The position numbers and the translations under genes were made by a program. A stretch of DNA of 63,668 bases, the filler included, from Octopus bimaculoides (lineage: Eukaryota): the NCBI RefSeq assembly GCF_001194135.2. It is 7 parts of 7 records of this genome, joined end to end, with 100 filler letters (N's around TTAATTAATTAA, not from the genome) between each part and the next. Parts side by side here need not be neighbours in the genome. Positions count along the whole stretch, not along the records: positions 43,686 to 56,950 come from NC_068986.1; positions 57,051 to 60,628 come from NC_068981.1; positions 60,729 to 62,220 come from NW_026372235.1; positions 62,321 to 63,668 come from NC_068985.1; 3 more parts are not named here. The stretch is one strand, 5' to 3'. A model generated the notes under the pieces. It was not told where the DNA came from. It saw only the letters and a list, made by a program, of their open reading frames with translations, and did no database searches. Positions 55,030 to 63,668 of the stretch are shown here, one piece after another; within the stretch, counting starts at the first letter, position 1, and each line of letters starts with the position of its first letter.

Positions 55030-55689
55030 TCTGATAAGTCACGGATGGTGATTCAACAATTTCCCCTCACAGTTGTACGCTCCATCAGCGATGTTTTTCT
55101 CAGTTCTGCTGGTTGCGGGTCTCCCGGAAAGTTCGTCAATATCGACATTTCTTCGGCCATCTTGGAAATGTCTTAACGATTCGTACTTTTGTGTACGGCT
55201 CATACACTCCTCCCCGTAACACATTCTGCAATTTTACGTAGGTCAGTGAACAGGTATCACCATGACAACTTTCTATGTCATGGTCAATGCAACGATCACG
55301 AGCTGAACACCTTCCTTCCAAGCACTGCTGTAAACAGCGGAAGTGAGCTAGAACATTAAACCTTAGTGCGCATGCACAGCAAAGTTTAAGGTCAATCTGT
55401 GCCAAGTAGTTTCACTCTCTATGCTTTAGCTTCGAGTTAGTCAGTCGAGTTTTTTTTAAAATCGCCACGCCTAAGTCTATGAAAAAAAAAAATTAACTTT
55501 TTATAGGTTTCGGTGAGGATCGAACTCGCGGCCTTCTGCGTGTAAAGCAGATGTGATAACCACTACACCACGAAACCAGCTTATTGCAAACTGACTAATT
55601 CTACATTTATGGATGTCTCCATTGTCCTGTTTACCTTACCAACTTTGACGCTCCGCAAATTCCGCTGGATACTTATTGATCAGACCTCG
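55030..55689 (-). mobile_element. Mariner transposon 5' portion (TIR, 5' UTR, N-terminal HTH pseudogene) carrying an insert of about 230 bp
   Basis: TA|CGAGGTCTGATCAATAAGTATCC TIR at 55667-55689; YGEECMSRTQKYESLRHFQDGRRNVDIDELSGRPATSRTEKNIA is mariner-like. Confidence 0.85.
55506..55577 (-). tRNA. tRNA-Val-TAC: tRNA-Val, anticodon TAC (possibly a pseudogene)
   Basis: GGTTTCG-TG-GTGTAGTGGTTATCAC-A-TCTGC-TTTACAC-GCAGA-AGGCC-GCGAG-TTCGATC-CTCAC-CGAAACC. Perfect acceptor and anticodon stems, one C:A mismatch in the T stem, T at the discriminator position, and a long T-run terminator about 13 nt downstream. Confidence 0.9.
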
Positions 55690-56185
55690 TATACTCGGAG
55701 TATGGTGGTCACGAAGTTGTGAAAATTACAAAGATTATAAACAGTATTGTATTTGCATGTAATGGTTGATATTCTCAACTATAGATCTATCTTAATTTTT
55801 TAACTTGTTTCAGATAGTTACCTGCGGCCATGCTGGGGCACCGCCTTGAAGGGTTTTAGTCGAACAAACTGACATTAATACTTATCCTTCTTGCGGAACA
55901 ACTATTGCATGAGGATGCAATCAAACCAACACTGGTCCTCCAGCAGTAGTGGTATGACAAATACACACACACACAGATTCCATTTCTCTTCCTTTCTTAC
56001 ACTGGTCCCGAGCTGACCAGTCGCAAATTCTCAGTCTCACCGTCCTTTACGACATTTTCTAAGCGTTACCCACTGTTCGCGTTTTCTTGACCCTAAGGCT
56101 ATATTTTGCTCAACTGTTCGTCCTTGTTCATCGTCCTAAATCACACTCTGTGTTATCTTGTTTTGTTTTGTTTCATTTTGTTTCA

Positions 56186-56905
56186 TTTGGCACCTTGGGC
56201 CTGTGTCTTCTACTGTAGCTTTGGCTAAATCAAAGCATTATGAGTGGATTTGGTAGATGGAAACTGAAAAAACCCTGTCGTATATATACATACACAAACA
56301 CGCACATATATATATATATACATATATATACATATATATATATACATATATANNNNNNNNNNNNNNNNNNNNNNNNNNNNNNNNNNNNNNNNNNNNNNNN
56401 NNNNNNNNNNNNNNNNNNNNNNNNNNNNNNNNNNNNNNNNNNNNNNNNNNNNNNNNNNNNNNNNNNNNNNNNNNNNNNNNNNNNNNNNNNNNNNNNNNNN
56501 NNNNNNNNNNNNNNNNNNAACAACAGACGAAGACAGGTGGTGTAAACAACAAAAGGATGTATTAGTTTAACGCTCGGGAATGCAGAAAGTCTTTAACGTT
56601 TCGAGCTACGCTCCTCAACAGAAAAACTACGGAGAAAACAAGGAGACCAGAGTACGAAGAGACAGTAGGAGAAGTAAAGTAAAGGAAAATATAAAGGTGA
56701 TAAAGGTAATAAAGGGGGTTTGTCGCGCCAACATTGCTTGACAACCGATGCTGGCGTGTTCTTGTCCCCGTAACTTAGCGGTTCGGCAAAGACCGATAGA
56801 ATAAGTACTAGGCTCATAAAGAATAAGTCCTGGGGTTCAGTTGCTCGACTAAAGGAGGTGCTCCAGCAAGGCCGCAGTCAAATGACTTCAAAAAAATAAA
56901 AGAAT
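56186..56905 (+). mobile_element. SINE family A, interrupted by a gap and by a Penelope-type fragment at 56519-56700
   Basis: Head at 56186-56280, tail at 56725-56905; the intervening piece carries a hammerhead-like motif. Confidence 0.75.
56588..56628 (-). ncRNA. Minimal hammerhead-like motif with one core substitution (Penelope-type)
   Basis: AGUUUUU-CUGUUGA-G-GAGC-GUA-GCUC-GAAAC-GUU-AAAGACU. Stem I 7 bp, stem II 4 bp, palindromic ACGU in place of helix III; core A6 replaced by U. Confidence 0.55.
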
Positions 56906-57050
56906 AAATAAAAATAAAAATAAAAATATATATATATGCGTATGTGTGTGNNNNNNNNNNNNNNNNNNNNNNNNNNNNNNNNNNNNNNNNNNNNTTAATT
57001 AATTAANNNNNNNNNNNNNNNNNNNNNNNNNNNNNNNNNNNNNNNNNNNN

Positions 57051-57081
<31 letters not shown>

Positions 57082-60000
57082 CATACATACATACATACAT
57101 ACGCATACAAATCTACAAGTGCTTTTGTCTGTGTTGTGCGTGCTTACCATTTTAATAGAATTTATTTTTGTATACATCAATGTCACTATACAAACCTATG
57201 AATCTACCTAGCACTTTTCCATTCACTCAAAGACATGTATCTTCCCATATCTTATCCGTGCATTAAATTACTCACTATCATTCCCTAGTACTTTCACTTC
57301 CTCCCCTTCTCCCATATCTTTCCCTCTGTCACTGTCTCCCCTTCTTCCTCTGCAACTCTTAGAGATACGTTATTCAGGTATATGTTACTTCTTCATCATT
57401 GTATATGGCTTGTCATTTCCTCTGATACTCTTTCTTTTATTCATACATTCTCCTTCGTTCCCTCAATCCTCAACACTTAGTGCTTCTTTAACGTTATATT
57501 TAATACTCATTCGCTTCCACCTTTTCTTTTATTTCCATTTCCATATCGAAGCAAAATCAATCGGAAAGCTATTCTTTCATATCAGAATTATTTACTAAGG
57601 TAATAGGCTTATGAAATTTTCCGCCAGAGATATTTATCTGTGCCAAGAAACAAATGTAAAAAGATATTCCCGCTTACCGAAATGGATGGTAAAGTAAGAT
57701 AACAGTAAAATAGAGGTTTCACTAAATATCACACAAAAGCACACACAAACACGAACCCACACATGCACTCGCATACAAACACTCCCACATACACCCATCC
57801 ACACATACTCACTCACACAAATATACGCGCGTGTGTACACATGTGCATATATATATATATTAGTATAATTCTAACTAAGGATATGTTATATGTACAGAAT
57901 ACATCTGAATATATATTATGTAGCTATATACGTAATTCCTGTTCCAGATGTTTAAGATGACAAAGAATGCTCAGCATATATAGAACTGGTTTACTTTGTT
58001 AGAAGGTATGGAACGGAAAATAAGAAGCAGGTACATATATTGATTGATGACTAAGTGTTATTGAGGGGAAGGCTNNNNNNNNNNNNNNNNNNNNNNNNNN
58101 NNNNNNNNNNNNNNNNNNNNNNNNNNNNNNNNNNNNNNNNNNNNNNNNNNNNNNNNNNNNNNNNNNNNNNNNNNATATATATATATATAATATGTGTCAA
58201 GTATTTGGTTGTCATCATACAACTCAGACATTCGTGTACTGGAGATGAAGTCCGCTCCAGGATGCCGTCAGTTATTAAGACAAAACGTTATTAAATAAAG
58301 GGAAATTACTCCAATAGGCATGGAGAAAGTAATACTTCATTCATCATTCATATAATCCACATATATATGTGTTTGTATACAGGCAGATACACACGCAAAT
58401 ATACTTATACACGCATCACTACGCTGATATATACATATCTACACGCACACACATATAGATACGCAGATATAGTAAACGTGGTTAATACGCATGTGCATAT
58501 ACATACGCGGAAAACGTATGTACAAGTAAAGCATACGTGAAAACACGCGCATCAAAATGCTCATCTGCTCATCTCTATACGCACATACACATACATACGC
58601 GAATATATAAAACGTAGTCTATACGCACATGCACATGCATAATCGGATAGACGTAAATACAAATAGATACACATACGCAAAAAAAAACCCGTAAAACATT
58701 AGCCATCGCTGCAAAACTTGAATATACAAATGATTTATATATACACAAATACACCCCACTGTCTGACAAACACATTTACACCTACATACATATAACGTAT
58801 ATACGTACATATATGCGTGCATGAAAGAAATTTGTGAGTGTACAAACATCTTGTTCGCTTATATAAAACATGTTTTTTGGTGATTTTATTTAGAAGAGAA
58901 CATTGTTTTTGTTGTGGGGGTGATGTTCCAAATGGAGATGGATAGATAGAAATATAAGTAGGTAGATAGGCTGATAGATAGACATATAGATAGTCAGACA
59001 GATAGAGAGATATGTAGAGGAAGAAAGAGAGAAGGGCTATCTCCCTTCCTATTCACCATTCATTCATTTATTTAGTCATTTACCATTCTATTGAATGAAT
59101 TTAAATATGGTGACCTCTTCAAAAATAAGAAAAAAATGAAAAAAAAGTCAGGTGCGTTTTGGCCATCACTGAATGTCTTTTTGCTTTCTTTCTCTCTTCC
59201 CCATTCCTTCCGTTTTCCGTCTTTTATTCTTTTTCTCCTCTTTGAGTTATGTTTAGAATACAAAATGTACTGCCTCCCCTTCCAAACATTCAATTTTGGA
59301 GATGATTATTTGATGAAATGTGGTTCCGCATGAAAAAACAAAAAAAGCATTAGTATAATATTCGCAAATTAACAATTAAATAATAATAATAATATNNNNN
59401 NNNNNNNNNNNNNNNNNNNNNNNNNNNNNNNNNNNNNNNNNNNNNNNNNNNNNNNNNNNNNNNNNNNNNNNNNNNNNNNNNNNNNNNNNNNNNNNNNNNN
59501 NNNNNNNNNNNNNNNNNNNNNNNNNNNNNNNNNNNNNNNNNNNNNNNNNNNNNNNNNNNNNNNNNNNNNNNNNNNNNNNNNNNNNNNNNNNNNNNNNNNN
59601 NNNNNNNNNNNNNNNNNNNNNNNNNNNNNNNNNNNNNNNNNNNNNNNNNNNNNNNNNNNNNNNNNNNNNNNNNNNNNNNNNNNNNNNNNNNNNNNNNNNN
59701 NNNNNNNNNNNNNNNNNNNNNNNNNNNNNNNNNNNNNNNNNNNNNNNNNNNNNNNNNNNNNNNNNNNNNNNNNNNNNNNNNNNNNNNNNNNNNNNNNNNN
59801 NNNNNNNNNNNNNNNNNNNNNNNNNNNNNNNNNNNNNNNNNNNNNNNNNNNNNNNNNNNNNNNNNNNNNNNNNNNNNNNNNNNNNNNNNNNNNNNNNNNN
59901 NNNNNNNNNNNNNNNNNNNNNNNNNNNNNNNNNNNNNNNNNNNNNNNNNNNNNNNNNNNNNNNNNNNNNNNNNNNNNNNNNNNNNNNNNNNNNNNNNNNN

Positions 60001-60146
60001 NNNNNNNNNNNNNNNNNNNNNNNNNNNNNNNNNNNNNNNNNNNNNNNNNNNNNNNNNNNNNNNNNNNNNNNNNNNNNNNNNNNNNNNNNNNNNNNNNNNN
60101 NNNNNNNNATATATATACATACATATAAATCTATATATACGTATTG

Positions 60147-60185
<39 letters not shown>

Positions 60186-60234
60186 TACATCTCTATATAC
60201 ATATATATGCATATATATGTACGCATATATATAG

Positions 60235-60596
60235 AAATGCCTAATTGTGGTACATACCCAGACCAAACTGGAGACGCGGAATTCACATTCTAGCAAGGAC
60301 AAACATTCTCAAGTAAGACCAGCTTCACATATGCTTCCCAGAACCGTAGCTATGTCCTAACCTGCTCTGGTTGTGGTCACAAATATGTGGGCCAAACGTA
60401 CCTACTTTGAGACGCAGAATCACTGTACTTAAAGAACAGATTCGTTTCGTTCAATACTGAGGGAACATATCGAAAGATAGCACTGAGCGAACATATCGAT
60501 AGATGCGCAAGTAATAAAATGCCGAATTTTTATATCTTCCCATTATATTAATGCAATGATTCAATCTCAGTACAAGAACGCCTAAACAAGGAAAAC

Positions 60597-60600
<4 letters not shown>
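60235..60600 (+). mobile_element. Penelope-like element, GIY-YIG endonuclease fragment
   Basis: SQNRSYVLTCSGCGHKYVGQT..LRRRITVLKEQIR..LSEHIDRC..PNFYIFPLY..ERLNKE. Confidence 0.8.
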
Positions 60601-60628
<28 letters not shown>

Positions 60629-60903
60629 NNNNNNNNNNNNNNNNNNNNNNNNNNNNNNNNNNNNNNNNNNNNTTAATTAATTAANNNNNNNNNNNNNNNN
60701 NNNNNNNNNNNNNNNNNNNNNNNNNNNNTGTCTCTCTCTCTCTCTCTTCTTCTTGTTCTCGTCTCTTTTCTTCTCTCTCTTCTTCTTGTTCTCGTCTCTC
60801 TTTTCTTCTCTCTTTCCTTTTTGAGTTATGTCTATGCTAGTATGTTACTCATCTTACGGCAGGTAATTTTGGAAGTGTGTTTTGGTCACCAAGGAACATA
60901 ATT

Positions 60904-61464
60904 TCAGGAAATATGATAGTATGTTGTCAACTAAGGACACAGGAAATGTGTCAAGTCCAAGAAACGCTGTTTCCTAGGGCTAAATAACAGTAGCATTCTA
61001 ACCTTTCAGGGGACTGTCACATTAAGTTGACAACATACAACTACTTCATCATATCACTACTGCATAAATCTCTCTGAGAGATTTAGAAATGTATTATTTC
61101 TATTTTCAAAAATCAGTGAATGTATTTCACCTGAAATATATATGTTTTCAAAGGCGGACAGGCATCGACAGCTAGCAAGCCATGCTACTCCAGACTGATG
61201 AAGAGCAATGACTCTGAAACTAGTCTCTGGATGCTGGCTTTGCTGGGTGGAGGTACTTGTCTCTTTTTGAAAACGTAAGGACACGGGAAATGTGTGAAAT
61301 CCAACAGGAAACGGTGTTTCCTAGCGCTAAATAACAATAGCATTCTTCCCTTTCATGGGACTGTCACATTAAGTTGACAACATACTATAACTTTATCGTG
61401 CTGCTACTGCATAAATCTCTCTGAGAGATTTAGAAGAAATGTATTATTTCTATCAGGAAATATG
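60904..61464 (+). mobile_element. Candidate retrozyme-like insertion: 1.5 x 344-bp monomer with one hammerhead and 12-bp flanking direct repeats
   Basis: Direct repeats 60932-61103 and 61276-61453 (roughly 85-90% identical by hand); tcaggaaatatg at 60904-60915 and 61453-61464. Confidence 0.65.
61189..61231 (+). ncRNA. Type I minimal hammerhead ribozyme, core intact
   Basis: UCCAGA-CUGAUGA-AGAG-caauga-CUCU-GAAAC-UA-GUC^UCUGGA. Stem I 6/6, stem II 4/4, canonical GUC cleavage triplet (cut after 61225), palindromic ACUAGU helix III. Stem I extends to 61172/61246. Confidence 0.85.
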
Positions 61465-61619
61465 GCGAACGCATATATTATAAGAATTATCAACTTCCAA
61501 AATGCTAATAAAACGAATTCTAAATATCAAAAGAAAAATATTTGGTCACAGTCATGCAAATGAAGTCCTACATTACCATTGTAGAAGTAGAGTCTTCTGT
61601 TAAAATCATGTCAGTGCAT

Positions 61620-61755
61620 GGGGAAATGTTACCTTACTTGGAAGCAGGAGAGGGTTGGTGACTGGAAGGGCATCCACATTTAGGAAACCTGCCTCAATTG
61701 ATTCCTTGTAATCCCATGCAAGCATGGAAAAGTAGATTTTGAAGTGATGATGATG
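61620..61755 (+). mobile_element. Retroposon family C, (TGA)n tail
   Basis: gggttggtgactggaagggcatcc...cccatgcaagcatggaaaag...gatgatgatg. Confidence 0.65.
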
Positions 61756-61760
61756 TTTAC

Positions 61761-62080
61761 TAATTCCAATTGGTGTTTAGATAAAAAATGATGATTATTA
61801 TTATTAATTCCAATTCGTGTTTAGATAAAAAATGATGATTGTTAATTCCAATTTGTGTTCAGATAAAAAATGATGATTATTATTATTAATTCCAATTTGT
61901 GTTTAGATAAAAAATGATGATTGTTAATTCCAATTTGTGTTCAGATAAAAAATGATGATTATTATTATTAATTCCAATTCGTGTTTAGATAAAAAAATGA
62001 TGATTGTTAGTTAATTCCAATTTGTGTTTAGATACAAAAAGGTTAATAATTATTATTAATTCCAATTCGTGTTTAGATGA
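61761..62080. repeat. Minisatellite, about 8 units alternating 44 and 38 bp
   Basis: Unit taattccaattYgtgttYagataaaaaatgatgatt followed alternately by attattat or gt. Confidence 0.9.
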
Positions 62081-62082
62081 AA

Positions 62083-62220
62083 ACCCTTCTCAAGTCCTAT
62101 AGACTTATAGGGCTGGTTTTCATGATGTAGATATGTTCCCCTGGATGGGAAGTCAGTTCGTTGCAGAATTACTCATTTTTCCCAGATGGGTGGGCTAAAG
62201 CAGTGTGAAATGAAGTGTTT
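62083..62220 (-). mobile_element. SINE family D, 3' part
   Basis: Reverse complement is collinear with 8890-9030 (atttcacactgct...cccatccagggg...aaaccagccct). Confidence 0.6.
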
Positions 62221-63031
62221 NNNNNNNNNNNNNNNNNNNNNNNNNNNNNNNNNNNNNNNNNNNNTTAATTAATTAANNNNNNNNNNNNNNNNNNNNNNNN
62301 NNNNNNNNNNNNNNNNNNNNATATAGATCTATATCTATGTATATATCTATACATCTCTCTCTCTCTGAAAGTATCTGTCATTACAGTATCGAAATGTGAT
62401 TGTTTCAGTTAGTGGAATAGTTTCATTTTTAAAGTGAAAGTATTTGACATGAGTGTTTTTGTTTCACTTTTGACACGTAATACTTAAATAGTGGAGGAGA
62501 TATTATGTTGCCGTGGGCTCGAACTCTGCAAGAAGTTAAAAAATTTTTTTGACTAAAACACAACTGGAACCCTAAGTAAAGCATCTGTAAAATTTGAATG
62601 AAATTGGTTGCGTAGTTCTTGAGTTTTAGGGATTCACACACACACATAGACAGACAGACAGACACACACACATTCATTAATTTCTGGTAATTTAATGAAT
62701 CAATGTGCATGGAAAGAAGAGTGTACCACTTTTTAAGACAGACTCAATTAGTGCAATGTCATTGCCAAGGAGTAACAATGAAATCTGTTTTGTCACCAAT
62801 AAGGCAGTATATTCTTTTAACAAGTTTAAATCAATGGACTGTGGCCATGCTGCAGCACCATTTTCAGGCATGGGTTTTTGGTTGACTATATTGACCCCAG
62901 TACTTATCTATTTACCTCAGAGGAAGTTGACAGATTGAGTGAATTCTATGGAATAAGAGGCAACTAGAAAGGACTTAATGCCACAAGGTATTGTTTTTGA
63001 AGCAATGCATTTTTTAAACAATGTTCTCTCC

Positions 63032-63069
<38 letters not shown>

Positions 63070-63668
63070 AGTGCACACATGTGTTCAACAAATTTTCAAA
63101 CAGTTTACATCTATCACCACAAAGCACTGGCTAAGGCTAAGGTAGTAGGCACTTGCCTAAGGCGTCACACAAGTGGGATTGAACTCAGAACTATAATTGA
63201 AAAGTGAACTTCTAAAACCTTAAACAGCAAGAAAAGTTAGCATGAAAGTGTATGCCAAAAGAAAACCAAAAAATCCAAAATATCTTTTTTTCCTTAAAGG
63301 TAATTTTTATACTTATTTTCACCTAACCCTTTCGTTACTATATTTCTGACCAAAGTACACCCCTCATGAGTTTCAATTAAATTCTAAAATAATCATGAAT
63401 TTAGACTAGTCTCATTAAACACCTGTAACTTTTTTATTTATCAACATATTAATGTGATATTTGGAACATATTTAAAGAAAGGGTTCTTAATCAATTCTAT
63501 TGCATAATTTTTGTCTCTGGGGTACTGCTAGTGTCTCTCACATGTAAATATTGGTTCAGCTTCACGAATCGTACTCGTTCATAATACTGGAAGTATATTC
63601 ATCGCCAAAAGGTTCCTGATTGCTCCAGTAATTTGTTATTCTGGGTAACTGTCTAATACCCATAATAA

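Noticed and set aside
61761-62080. CRISPR-like appearance of the regularly spaced repeats
   Set aside because: Inter-repeat sequences are near-identical rather than unique spacers; eukaryotic context, no cas genes.

Overview
AT-rich, microsatellite-saturated animal genomic scaffold with many N gaps. The repeat inventory points to a coleoid cephalopod, most likely Octopus (inference). Most long ORFs in the supplied track are microsatellite or gap artefacts. Manual exon assembly gives one host gene on the + strand: a divergent multi-pass TMEM272-like protein of about 206-217 aa, coding exons at 20173-20347, 23564-23632, 24505-24726, optionally 30244-30272, 33577/33581-33627 and 45756-45863. There is also a tRNA-Val(TAC) gene or pseudogene sitting inside a mariner remnant. 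The rest is a transposon landscape: Tx1/L1-type, RTE, R4/Dong, CR1-type and Penelope-like retroelements, four tRNA-derived SINE-like families, and mariner, hAT and foldback MITEs. The most notable signal is at 60.9-61.5 kb: an intact minimal type I hammerhead ribozyme inside 1.5 copies of a 344-bp monomer, bounded by a 12-bp direct repeat and carrying a short 5' inversion. A third, dispersed copy of the monomer lies at 25 kb. Together these suggest a candidate retrozyme (ribozyme-bearing non-autonomous retroelement) family. All family assignments come from remembered motifs; no database search was run.
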